From positions 186,001-250,000 of the forward strand of contig JAWMAR010000535.1 in NCBI GenBank assembly GCA_036785375.1: 64,000 nt of DNA, in the 5' to 3' direction. Source of the stretch: Leucoraja ocellata. Taxonomy: Eukaryota. Made by a program: the position numbers and the translations under genes. The notes beneath the pieces are model-generated. The model was not told the origin of the DNA and made no database searches. It was given only the letters and a program-made list of their open reading frames with translations. Of this stretch, positions 26,004 to 38,276 are shown one piece after another (position 1 is the stretch's first letter; each line of letters starts with the position of its first letter).

Positions 26004-26212
26004 AAAAGTTTCGACCTGCCAAAATAGCAAACTTAAGTAAAACATCTATTTTATTCCTAAAATGCAGGTGTAGGCATGATGGACAAGGCTAATGTTCCTA
26101 ACCATTTGGAAAAGAAGGGACTGTGTTACTTTCCAAAACCACCATAGTCCGTCTGGTGAATGACCTCCTCATTTCTGGTCATACAGGAGGTTCTTGCATT
26201 GAAATCCAGGAC

Positions 26213-26510
26213 GTTTACTTTAGAGATAGAGATAGAGATAGAGCCCACTGAGTCCATGCCGACCAGCGATCACCCCGTACGCTAGCACTATCCTTCACAC
26301 TAGGGCCAATTTACAATTTTTACAGAAGCCAATTAACCTACAAACCTGTACATCATTGGAGTGTGGGAGGAAACCAGAGCACCTGGTGAAACCCAGGCGG
26401 ACACAGGGAGAACGTTCAAACTCTGTAGAGACGACACCTCATAGTTAGGATGGAACCTGGGTCTCTGCCGCTGTACGGCAGCAACTCTTCCTCTGTGCCA
26501 CCGTGCCGCT
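26213..26510 (-). mobile_element. V-SINE (HE1-like)
   Basis: Head, core and tail on the minus strand. Confidence 0.85.
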
Positions 26511-27524
26511 CCACAGGCCCTGCACTAAGATCCAGGAAGTCCCTGCATTGAGGTGCAGGAAGTTTGATGGATTTGGATCCGGTAACTATGAATGGTGCAA
26601 CATATGTCCAGGCCAGAATGGTGTTGTGTTTGGAAATGTTCCTTCAAAATGAGAGCAACACTCACACTATAGATGCATGGTTAAAATCAGAGCAATGATA
26701 GCTTAACAATTCACGGTTCATAATTTAGCGCAGAGTGTCATTTATGCTACGAGGAATGGCATCGGGCACTTCCACAAAGGAGCCCTTTCTCCTCACTGTT
26801 TAAGCTGCTGACCATTCTTCCTTGCCTGAATTGTTTTCTTGGAATTGAATTAGGTTGCTTATCACAACCTATTTGTGCTGTGCTGCTGTTACAAGCTTAG
26901 CAGTTCCTGTGAAATGCTGTGCCTTGAATGTGAAATATGTCTCAGGCACACATATTCTTTTTTTCGGGTTTGACATAGCAGATGTATCCCTTGGTTTGTA
27001 CCTTTTATGTTGGCAAAGCCGAGGAACCATTAATGTGCCATTTTCAAAACAGATAATGTAAATACCTCTTTGTTCCCTTGTAGAACAACGTCTTTTCAGT
27101 AGCTAAAAACATCCTGCAATCTGAAGCCACAGGAAAAATAACAATTTCCACTATTTTGCTTGTTAAGATGTTTGCTTAGTCTGTTGGGGGTTCATTGAAT
27201 CCGTGGCAAGGACTGAATGAGCAATGTGCTTTGTTCCTTTGAATGTCGAGAAAGGACTTGGTTCCAATGCCTTTTAAAGTGTCGTAAATCAGTCGCAGGC
27301 TGTGTCTCCACCACTATGGTGTTTCTTTAGTTGCCTTCATACTGCTGCCTCTTTTCTTTACTTAAAGGACTGGCAGCTCCTTGTATTTGGATGATAATGA
27401 TGATGGTGTCAGCTTTCAGTCAGAGATTCAGTAAATCAGAACAGGCCAGCCTTATTTGAAATAATATCATTTAGGTGGCCACAGAAACTAGCCACATCTC
27501 CCGATGTGAGGTCCTCAATGTCCT

Positions 27525-28165
27525 TTTCAGCACATTGGCCTTCATCAGTCAGAGTATTGTGTACAGAAGTTGGGAGGTCATGTTGCAGTTATATAAGATG
27601 TCGGTGAGGCCACATTGAGAGTGTTGTTTTCAGTGCTGGTGCCATGTTATAGGAACGATGTTGTCAACTGGAAAGGGTCCAGAGAAGATTTACGAGGATG
27701 TTGCCAGGATTTGAGGGCCTGGGCTATAGGGAGAGGCTGAGCTGGGTAGGACTCTATTCCTTGGAGTGTAGGAGGATGAGTGGTGATCTTACAGAGGTTA
27801 ACAAAATCATGAGGGGAATAGATTGGGTGGACACACAGAGTCTCTTGCCCAGAGTAGGGGAAATTGAGAACCTGAAGAGATAGGTTGAAGGTGAGAGGAC
27901 GAGGCAAATATTTAATAAGAACCTATGGGGTAACTTTTTCATACAAAGCGTGGTGTGTGTATTGAACAAGCTGCCGGATGAGATAGTTGAGGCAGGTACG
28001 ATTGCAACATTTAAAACATGTAGCTTAGGCAGGTACATGAATAGGATAGCTTTAGAGGGATATGGGCCAAACGCAGGCAGGTAGGGCTAATGTAGATGGG
28101 ACATGTTGGTATGTGTGGGCAAGTTGGGCTGAAGGGTTTGTTTCCACACTGCATGACTCAATGAT
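27525..28165 (+). mobile_element. CR1 LINE 3' fragment
   Basis: MLPGFEGLGYRERL..GLYSLECRRM.GDL.EV.KI followed by a CR1 3' UTR. Confidence 0.85.
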
Positions 28166-29808
28166 GCTGAGAGGGACATTATGGCATTGCCATAATGACG
28201 TCTTCAATAATTAGTGCACTGGCTGGATTACTCTTCCAGTGTCCATGGATTCAATGTCTCAACAACTAAGCATGGAGAAAATGTTAGTTCAGTTACACTC
28301 TATGGACTATGCAAGGTATTGAGCAAACTGTAGCACGTTCCCAAGCTACCCAATCAAGTCTTCTTACATCATTAGCAAAATGATCCTCTAAACTGAGAAG
28401 GCCAACAAAGCAATATGCTCCAGTTTCAACAGAGCCTGTTCCACAACAATAGTAGTGGGAGGTTTCAGGTCCAATCTTTGTTGGCATGAAGGGTGATGTG
28501 TGCTATATTCATGAGTTTTAGTTTTAGTTTTTAGTTTTAGAGATAGTTGTGGAAATAGGCCCTTCAGCCAACAAAGTCCATGCCAACCAGTGATCACCCT
28601 GAATGGGCGAGTGTAAACGGAACCACCTGGTTTAGAACCAAGCAAAGGATGCGGTCTGCAACGATACAAGTTTCACGTTTGCCTGTTTCTTAAATCTAAT
28701 ACCCAAATCAGTAAACTCAGTGCCACAAGTTCACATCCTGTGTGCTTCTACAAAGTTTACCAGCTTTATTTTACCTAAGCTATAAAAACATTTAAATATT
28801 CAAATCACTGTAGTATATTAATTACATTTCTCATGTTTTGTAACGTTTGAGATAGCCTGCCATGTATGGTAGATAACATCCATTCGAGCATGTTTTGGGG
28901 TTAATTGCCATGCATCTTTCATTAGACCCACCCAATCTGTTTCTCATATAATTGACGGTGGAACAGCAATGTGAACAACAGCATGATTTTTATCTTGTTA
29001 ACATCGTGCTTACTTCCCTTCCTTTCTTTCTCTTTAAACAACAGCAGATGCATTGCCACCTCTGATAAGCCCTGGCAAAGTTGACTTGGAGTTATCAGCA
29101 CAAGAAAAGTGGATTGTAGTTTAAAGGCCATGGTCCTCAAATTATCACTCTGCTTGACTCCATGAGATCCCACTTAACATTTAGAAACAAGGAACTGCAA
29201 ATGCTGGTTAACCAAGGAAAGATACAAAGTGCTGGAGTAACTCACTGGGTCAGGCAGCAACTCTGGAGAACATGGATCGGTGACGTTTCTGGTCGGGACC
29301 TTTCTTCAGACTCACTTTCACACTTAACATTTGCAGCATATTCTGTTTTTCATTGATATTAAGCCATGGATTAGACATTATTAATGTTCCATTTTATTCT
29401 GAGAATAAAGAAGGTGGTGGTTATAGTCATAGTCATACAGTGTGGAAACAGGCCCTTCAGCCCAACTGACCAACATGTCCCATCTACACTAGTCCCACCT
29501 GCCTGTGTTTGGCCAATTCACCCTTAAACTGTCCTAACCATGTACCTGTCTAAATGTTTCTTAAACATTGCGATAGTACCTGCCTCAACTACCTCCCCTG
29601 GCAATACGTTCTATACAGCCAGAGGATGCTGGATCTGTGGAATTCATTGCCACAAACGGCTGTGGAGGCCAAGTCAATAGATATTTTTTAAGGCAGGGAT
29701 TGACAGATTTTTGATTAGTACGGGTGTCAGGGGTTACAGAGAGAAGGCAGGAAAATGGGGTTGAGAAGGGAAGATAGATCAGCCATGATTGAATGGCAGA
29801 GTAGACTT

Positions 29809-32110
29809 GGGCAAGAGTGACCATAATATGGTTGAGTTCTTCATTAGGATGGAGAGTGACATTGTTAATTCAGAAACAATGGTTCTGAACTTAAAGAAAG
29901 GTAACTTTGAGGGTATGAGACGTGAATTGGCCAAGATTGACTGGCAATTAATTCTAAAAGGGTTGACGGTAGATATGCAATGGAAGACATTTAAAGACTG
30001 CATGGATGAACTACAAAAATTGTTCATCCCAGTTCGGCAAAAGAATAAATCAGGGAAGGTAGTACATCCGTGGATAACAAGGGAAATCAGGGATAGTATC
30101 AAAGCGAAGGATGATGCGTACAAATTAGCCAGAAAAAGCAGCATACCGGAGGACTGGGAGAAATTCAGAGACCAGCAGAGGAGGACAAAGGGCTTAATTA
30201 GGAAAGGAAAAATAGATTATGAAAGAAAACTGGCAGGGAACATAAAAACTGACTGCAAAAGTTTTTATAGATATGTGAAAAGAAAGAGATTAGTTAAAAC
30301 AAATGTAGGTCCCTTGCAGTCAGAAACAGGTGAGTTGATCATGGGGAACAAGGATATGGCGGACCAATTGAATAACTACTTTGGTTCCATCTTCACTAAG
30401 GAAGACATAAATAACTTGCCGGAAATAGCAGGGGACCGCGGGTCAAAGGAGTTGGAGGAATTGAGTGAAATCCAGGTTAGCCGGGAAGTGGTGTTGGGTA
30501 AATTGAATGGATTAAAGGCCGATAAATCCCCAGGGCCAGATAGGCTGCATCCCAGAGTACTTAAGGAAGTAGCTCCAGAAATAGTGGATGCATTAGTAAT
30601 AATCTTTCAAAACTCTTTAGATTCTGGAGTAGTTCCTGAGGATTGGCGGGTAGCAAACGTAACCCCACTTTTTAAGAAGGGAGGGAGAGAGAAAACGGGG
30701 AATTACAGACCAGTTAGTCTAACATCGGTAGTGGGGAAACTGCTAGAGTCAGTTATTAAAGATGGGATAGCCGCACATTGGAAAGTGGTGAAATCATTGG
30801 ACAAAGTCAGCATGGATTTACGAAAGATAAGTCATGTCTGACGAATCTTATAGAATTTTTCGAGGATGTAACTAGTAGCGTGGATAGGGGCGAACCAGTG
30901 GATGTGGTGTATCTGGACTTCCAGAAGGCTTTCAACAAGGTCCCACATAAGAGATTAGTATACAAACTTAAAGTACACGGCATTGGCAGTTCAGTATTGA
31001 TGTGGATAGAGAACTGGCTGGCAAACAGGAAGCAAAGAGTAGGAGTAAACGGATCCTTTTCACAATGGCAGGCAGTGACTAGTGGGGTACCGCAAGGCTC
31101 AATGCTGGGACCCCAGCTATTTACAATATATATTAATGATCTGGATGAGGGAATTGAAGGCAATATCTCCAAGTTTGCGGATGACACTAAGCTGGGGGCA
31201 GTGTTAGCTGTGAGGAGGATGCTAGGAGACTGCAAGGTGACTTGGATAGGCTGGGTGAGTGGGCAAATGTTTGGCAGATGCAGTATAATGTGGATAAATG
31301 TGAGGTTATCCATTTTGGTGGCAAAAACAGGAAAGCAGACTATTATCTAAATGGTGGCCGACTAGGAAAAGGGGAGATGCAGCAAGACCTGGGTGTCATG
31401 GTACACCAGTCATTGAAAGTAGGCATGCAGGTGCAGCAGGCAGTGAAGAAGGCGAATGGTATGTTAGCTTTCATAGCAAAAGGATTTTAGTATAGAAGCA
31501 GGGAGGTTCTACTGCAGTTGTACAGGGTCTTGGTGAGACCACACCTGGAGTATTGCATACAGTTTTCGTCTCCAAATCTGAGGAAGGACATTATTGCCAT
31601 AGAGGGAGTGCAGAGAAGGTTCACCAGACTGATTCCTGGGATGTCAGGACTGTCTTATGAAGAAAGACTGGATAGACTTGGTTTATACTCTCTAGAATTT
31701 AGGAGATTGAGAGGGGATCTTATAGAAACTTACAAAATTCTTAAGGGGTTGGACAGGCTAGATGCAGGAAGATTGCTCCCGATGTTGGGGAAGTCCAGGA
31801 CAAAGGGTCACAGCTTAAGGATAAGGGGGAAATCCTTTAAAACCGAGATGAGAAGAACTTTTTTCACACAGAGAGTGGTGAATCTCTGGAACTCTCTGCC
31901 GCAGAGGGTAGTCGAGGCCAGTTCATTGGCTATATTTAAGAGGGAGTTAGATGTGGCCCTTGTGGCTAAGGGGATCAGAGGGTATGGAGAGAAGGCAGGT
32001 ACGGGATACTGAGTTGGATGATCAGCCATGATCATATTGAATGGCGGTGCAGGCTCGGAGGGCCGAATGGCCTACTCCTGCACCTAATTTCTATGTTTCT
32101 ATGTTTCTAT
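29809..32110 (+). mobile_element. Young 5'-truncated CR1 LINE (~2.3 kb, complete RT region)
   Basis: [29 protein letters not shown] and KFADD motifs. Two frameshifts (~30775, ~31195) and one stop (31488); (tttctatg)n tail; inserted inside an older CR1 3' UTR. Confidence 0.95.
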
Positions 32111-32259
32111 GATCAGCTGAATGGCCCAATTCACCCCTATAACTGATGAACCTTGGTATTTTTGTGTACTGACACAACTGCTGCTGATTAGTTCAGCTTC
32201 TTGCATTCTTCATAGCAGAACTAGATTAAAAAATTGAGTTCAGATACGTTCAAAATTGA

Positions 32260-32965
32260 ATTAGACAAAAATGCTGGAGAAACTCAGTGGGTGAGGCAGC
32301 ATCTATGGAATGAAAGAAATAGGCGACGTTTCGGGTCGAGACCCTTCTTCAGACTGATGTGTTGGTGGGGGCGGGAAGAAGAAAGGAAGAGGTGGAGACA
32401 GTGGGCTGTGGGAGAGCTGGGAAGGGGAGGGGGAAAGAAGGAGAAAGCAGGGACTACCTAAAATTGGAGAAGTCAATGTTCATACCGCTGGGGTGTAAAC
32501 TACCCGTGAAATATGAGGTGCTGCTCCTACAATTTACAGTGGGCCTCTCTCTGGCCATGGAGGAGGCCCAGGACAGAAAGATTCGGAATGGGAGGGGGAG
32601 TTGAAGTGCTGAGCCACTTGGTTATTGTGAACTGAGGGGAGGTATTGGGCGAAGCGATCGCCAAGCCTACGCTTGGTCTCACCGTTGTAGAGCAGCTGAC
32701 ACATAGAGCAGCGGATGCAATAAATGAGGTTGAAGGAGGTGCAGGTGAACCTCTGCCACACCTGGAAAGACTGCTTGGGTCCTTGGATGGAGTCAAGGGG
32801 GGAGGTAAAGCGACAAGTGTAGCATTTTCTGCGGGTGCAAGGGAAAGTGGCAGGAGAGGGGGTGATTTGGGTGGGAAGGGACGAATTGACCAAGGAGTTA
32901 TGGAGGGAGCGGTCTCTGTGGAAAGCCAAAAAGGGGAGGAGATGGGAAATTGTGGCCAGTGGTGG
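32260..32965 (-). mobile_element. Penelope-like element 3' fragment: GIY-YIG endonuclease region plus pseudo-LTR
   Basis: ORF 32534-33013 gives CxxxxCxxC then FTCTSFNLIYCIRCSMCQLLYNGETKRRLGDRF...VAQHFN, the GIY-YIG/CCHH pattern of Penelope-like elements. The pLTR that is repeated throughout the window follows downstream. Confidence 0.85.
32323..32354 (-). ncRNA. Minimal type I hammerhead ribozyme motif (Penelope-associated), intact core
   Basis: Minus strand: gt-CTGAAGA-A-GGGTC-TC-GACCC-GAAA-CG-TC^gc. Core CUGANGA/GAAA, 5-bp stem II, palindromic ACGU stem III and a GUC site; the local stem I is only ~2 bp. Confidence 0.65.
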
Positions 32966-33168
32966 AATCCCATTGGAGATCAAAAATGAATTGCTCTGCT
33001 GGTGTTGTTTCATCCAAAATCATAATTCAATATCTTTAAATAAAGCTAACACATCATCAAATTAAGCTGTGGAAGAAGGAACTGCAGATGCTGGTTTAAA
33101 TCGAAGGTAGACACAAAATTTTGGAGTAAGTCAGCAGGACAGGCAGCATCTCTGGAGAGCAGGAATGG

Positions 33169-33200
33169 GTGACGTTTCGGGTCGAGACCCTTCTTCAGAC
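33169..33200 (-). ncRNA. Minimal type I hammerhead ribozyme motif (Penelope-associated), intact core
   Basis: Minus strand: gt-CTGAAGA-A-GGGTC-TC-GACCC-GAAA-CG-TC^ac; core identical to the copy at 32323-32354. Confidence 0.65.
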
Positions 33201-33884
33201 TGAAATTAAGCTGTACGATTTCCCTCCAGAAGGAATTGCCCTCCATAAAATAAACCATTTGTGGCTTACTTTACTTTTCCTCACTTGGTAAAATAAATTG
33301 ACAGTAATTGGCACTGGATGTGTTATGAATAGGTGCCGTTACATTAGAAAACAAAGGTAGTAAATGCCATCACTCTATTTTCACAGAAAGGAAGAACCAA
33401 GAGAACAGAATTCTCAAATAACAAGAGCGTACATGAACAGAAGATGCTGAAAACTGAACTTGCCGTTTAGTGAAATGCCCGGCACTGTCTGCCTTGGCAA
33501 TTGTGTTTGTAAACTCCCTGAGCTGGAAGTTGTCTCAGATCTCATCATCAATCACAGAACTCCTGCAAACTATGAAAACTCTGATATAATTCTTTAAAAG
33601 AATTTCTTTCAAAATGCCGTTTGGATTTTCAGAAGTCTTCCATTTCAACCACAATGACGGACCGATTCAAACTATTTCACGTAAAAAAGATACTTGCAGG
33701 GAATATGTGCGCCACTCTATACGATACAAATATCTAATAGTTGGTCACCATTCCGTAGTAAGCGTTTCACATTTATGGTTGCTTTATTTCCAATTTCCTT
33801 GCTGCTTTGTGATAATACTTGGCCTGCAGTTGCTTTCTGGAACTCTGTGCAACAATTAGCTATCTGGGGAAGGAGAATAATGTT

Positions 33885-34522
33885 GCAGTGCCAGGAATGG
33901 GTCCTGACTATGGGCTGTCGTCCATAGTCAGGATGTCTGTACGCAGTTAATATATTCTGCCTGGGACTACACGGGTTTTCTCCCACACCTCAAAAATGTA
34001 CAGGTTTGTAGGTTAATTGGCTTTGGTAAAATTGTAACTGGTGCTAATGTACGGGGTGGTCACTCGTAGGTGTGGACATGATGGGCTGAAGGGCCTGTTT
34101 CCGCTCTGTATCTTTAAAGACTAAAATCTAAACAAGCATTTTTGCAAATTATTGCCCACACATATCTCACCTCCCACCCCCAATGTTATTTGAACCCCTT
34201 TTTCAAAAATCTTAGTTGATTAAAAGGAACAGCATAGAAACAGGCCTCTCGGTCCATCAAGGCCACACCGTCCATTGATCACTCTGGTTCTATTTTATCA
34301 CACTTTTGTGTCCACTCCCTACACCTGTGGGCAATTTTACAGAGGCCAATTAACTTACAAACCCGTACATCTTTGGGATATGGGAGGAAACCCTGTAGAG
34401 GAAATACACATAGTCACAGGGAGAACGTGCAAACTCCACACAGACAGTTCCCGAGGTCAGGATCGCACAGGGTCTCTGGTGCTGTGAGGCAGCAGTTCTA
34501 CCAGCTGCACCACCGTGCTGCC
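33885..34522. mobile_element. Inverted pair of V-SINEs (+ ~33885-34132, - ~34228-34522)
   Basis: The same SINE core in opposite orientations about 100 bp apart. Confidence 0.75.
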
Positions 34523-34925
34523 GAATTGACTGCTGTTATCACACAGTAAGTTTCACATCGTAATTACCCACACGTAATTCTTTGCCTTTTGCTCACCACC
34601 AGCTTATCAAACGCAGTTGGGGATAATGTGATGACAACATATCGAGAAAATAAAAATATATTAAAACATTATGAAGCAGAGGATGCCATATGTTTTTACA
34701 ACTATTCCCTCAACAGGTTGTGTCATCCTTAAAGATAAATGCACAAGAACATGTAGATCTTACTACTTCTGCCCATATTCTGGAACTTAGCCATTTGGAC
34801 TGGAAAATCTATCCCCACCCTTTCTGACAGACTAGAATATAATTCTTCTCTGTATTCAATTTAACTTACCTATTCTTCCAGCCTTATATCCCCTTGCTGA
34901 CTATAATATCATTTTAATTGCGTCA

Positions 34926-35221
34926 GGGCGACAGATAGCACAATGGGCGACAGATAGCACAATGGGCTAAGAGTTCGGCTGGTGACCGGAAGGTAGCCGG
35001 TTCAAATCCCGCTTGGAGTGCATACTGTCGTTGTGTCCTTGGGCAAGACACTTCACCCACCTTTGCCTGTAATGGAATGTACGGCGGCAGGCGCGGGCAC
35101 ACCGCGACGCCCTGTGTCTCCCTTTCAAGGGAGATGCTAAAAATGCATTTCGTTGTCTCTGTACTGTACACTGACAATGACAATAAATTGAATCATTTCA
35201 TTTCATTTTTCATTTCATTTT
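34926..35221 (+). mobile_element. tRNA-derived CORE-type SINE with a Rex1-like tail and a duplicated A box
   Basis: gggcgacagatagcacaat x2 (34926-34963), B box GGTTCAAATCC (34999-35009), CORE-like gtgtccttgggcaagacactt, and tail gacaataaa(ttca/tttca)n. Confidence 0.75.
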
Positions 35222-35768
35222 GCATTTACCTCATCTTCCAGAACTGATACTTGGAAAACTGATACTTACCTTACAACCTGTTGTAATAACAGCCTGATTT
35301 CCATCTTTTAACTTATTCTTTATCCATCTTGCAACTCACTGCTTTTTTACTAATGCCCTAGATTTTGCTAACCAGCAGTTTACGTGGAACTTTGTAATCC
35401 ATATGGATTTTCAGAAGATAGTTGATAATAAGGTTATGGGGAGATGGCAGGAGAATGGGGTTAGGAGGGAGAGATAGATCCGCCATGATTGAATAGCGGA
35501 GTAGACTCGATGGGCCGAATGGTCTAATTCTACACCTATCACTTATGACCTTATGACCTAATTACAATCTCTTCACCAATCTTTTCCATTAATTTAACAA
35601 AAATATTAAATAGGATTAATCAAACATACAAAGTTCCTCTGACATATCCATGTTGACTTTTCATCACCAAATGCCTATTTAGTTTGTGAACACTATTGTT
35701 AAAATCTTGCCCATGAATGTAATTAAGTGTTAAATAAGTAAATGTTAAAATACTAGTTGGCAGCCTCA

Positions 35769-38276
35769 AAGGGCGATCTCACGGTGCGACCTGAAGCAAG
35801 ACCTAACAAGAGTTTAACATCGTGGGAACCTTCTGCGATAGCAGTACGGCATTCGTGGACCACCGAGGACCTCCGTGGCGCTGATGGCAGGCAGTCGTGT
35901 GACTTGGTAAGGTCGGGAGAAAATTCAAACATTTTTGAATTTCTCCAAGAGTGTCTTGAGCAGCGTTGCAACATTGTATGAGTGCAGATGCCAGTGCGAT
36001 ATCCGTGCGATATCCGTAATGACTCTTACGGGTACCGTGGGAACTCCTGCAAACGGCAAACCCGGAAGCTTGACAGAAGGGACATAAGGTGAGGTTAAAT
36101 AAATATATTTTTTACTATCAGATTGATGTCTGCAACTCTTCATTAACACATCACTACAAGAGGAATGTCTCTAATGTTATAACCCCTCTCATGCTGAAAC
36201 ACAAAATAGTTGAAGGGAGGTGAAATAATCACATTTTTATTCTTTTTCATTTTTGAGTGTTGCTGAGCTATTGTACTCTCACTTGCTGAGCTATTGTACT
36301 CCAGCAGTTTGTGTCTCTTTTTGTCTGAAAGCAGTTTCTAACTGGAGGAACTCCGCGGGCCAGGCAGCATCTACGGAGGGAAATTGACAGGCGAGCCTTT
36401 CCTCAGGCTGCCTTATCTTTCTACACCCCCCCCCCCCTCCCCCCAACTGCCACCCACACACACAAATGCTGGAGAAACTCAGCGGGTGCAGCAGCATCTA
36501 TGGAACGAAGGAAATAGGCAACGTTTCAGCCCGAAAAGTTGCCTATTTCTTGTGCATGTGTCGGAAGGAACAGCAGATGCCGGTTTAAAGAGAATGAGTA
36601 ACTCGACGGCAGGCAGCATCTTTTGGGAGAAGGAATGGGTGACATTTCGGGTCGAGACCCTTCTGATATGCTGCTTGTCCCGCTGAGCTACATGTTGTGT
36701 CTATCTTCGTTTTAATCCAGCATCTGCAGATCCTTCCTGGCCGAACCCGATTGAAAGATGAGAGGCTGGGCGATAGAAATCATTAATTGAATTAAATAAC
36801 TAGATACCTGTCTAATCGTATCTACAGGATTGGACAGGCTAGATGGAGGAAGAATGTTCCCGATGTTGAGGGAGTCCAGAACCAGGGTCCCAGTTTTACA
36901 GTCTACCGTGGGAACTCTTTAATTACAGCGGGAAACCTTCAGTTTCCCAGGGGGTCGGGACGGGACTGGAGTTCGGAGGGAAAGGTGGGGGAGTCGAGGG
37001 TGAGGAGGGGGAGACAGATGGGGGTGTCTTCATTTAGTGGCGGTGGGTGTCTGTCACTGAAACAGGCAGGTGAGATTTCACATTCACCTTGTGTGTGCCT
37101 CTCTCTCTCTCTCCCTCCCTCCCTCCCTCTCACACAGGCATGAATGGATGAACTCCGCGGGCCAGGCAGCATCTACGGAGGGAAATGGACAGGCGACCCA
37201 TTCTTCAGGCTGCCTTATGTCTCTCTCCCCCCCCCAACTCCCACCCACACACGCGAATGCTGGAGAAACTCAGCGGGTGCAGCAGCATCTATGGAACGAA
37301 GGAAATAGACAACGTTTCGGCCCCACTGCACCCGCTGATTTTCTCCAGCATTCGTGTGTGTGGGTGGGAGTTGGGGGGAGGGGGGGGGGGGGGGGGAAGA
37401 GAGACATAAGGCAGCCTGAAGAATGGGTCGCTTGTCCATTTCCCTGCGTAGATGCTGCCTGGCCCGCGGAGTTCATCCATTCATGCCTGTGTGAGAGGGA
37501 GGGAGGGAGGGAGAGAGAGAGAGAGGCACACACAAGGTGAATGTGAAATCTCACCTGCCTGTTTCAGTGACAGACACCCACCGCCACTAAATGAAGACAC
37601 CCCCATCGGTCTCCCCCTCCTCTCCTCGACTCCCCAACCCTTCCCTCCCAACTCCAGTCCCGTCCCAAGTTCGGTCTGTGAAACGCAACACGCCAGCCCC
37701 GACAACCAGCCCGGTGGTCAGTCCTTTGAAGATAGACACCAGTTGCTTGGAGCAACTCAGCGGGACAGGCAGCATCTCTGGAGAGAAGGAACGGGTGGCG
37801 TTTCGGGTCAAGAGCCTTCTTCAGACTGAAAGTTTCACCTCTCAGTAGATCATAAAATAACACAATCATCATGGTCAATGTGAGACACAGTCTTTATTCA
37901 TATTTGACAAAATAAAAAGACGACTTCTTGCACATATTGAGAGATGGTGCATCACACCAAATAACATTTGTCTAAAAAAACACAGATTACTCTTCAGCTC
38001 ATTAAAGGGCTCGGGTGAAAAAAACCAATATAGTGTGTGACAACAAAGTAACATCATTTGTGCCACGTGATTAACTACACTACAGTCCACGATGTTCATT
38101 CACGATTAACGGGAAAGATCGGGAGACGGACAAGTCACTCGCAAAAATGACAGAATTGCAGAGTACCGTGGGAACTCTTTATCTACCTCCCGCTATATCG
38201 TGCGGAACTCTTACTGGACCACGACCACTTCACTCGGGTGACATCTTGCATCAGGTCGCACCGTGAGATCTAGCCA
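35769..38276. mobile_element. Composite non-autonomous DNA transposon, PIF/Harbinger-like (2.5 kb)
   Basis: TIR gatctcacggtgcgacctga(a/t)gcaaga at both ends (1 mismatch in 27 nt). 3-bp TSD TCA at 35766-35768 and 38277-38279. Internal motif TACCGTGGGAACTC at 36033, 36904 and 38164. No transposase ORF seen. Confidence 0.7.
36957..37666. repeat. Long inverted repeat (arms ~325-340 bp, loop ~43 nt)
   Basis: 36957-37282 is the reverse complement of 37326-37666. Near-identical mirror ORFs 37070+ and 37554- confirm this. Confidence 0.95.

Noticed and set aside
29789-32012. Active autonomous retrotransposon or domesticated RT gene
   Set aside because: 5'-truncated, with two frameshifts and a premature stop; an ordinary dead-on-arrival CR1 copy.
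34945-35020. tRNA gene
   Set aside because: It continues directly into a SINE core and LINE-type tail with no oligo-T terminator, so it is a SINE head. The same applies to the V-SINE heads.
36939-37878. Cluster of mirror-image ORFs
   Set aside because: A by-product of the palindrome and simple repeats.
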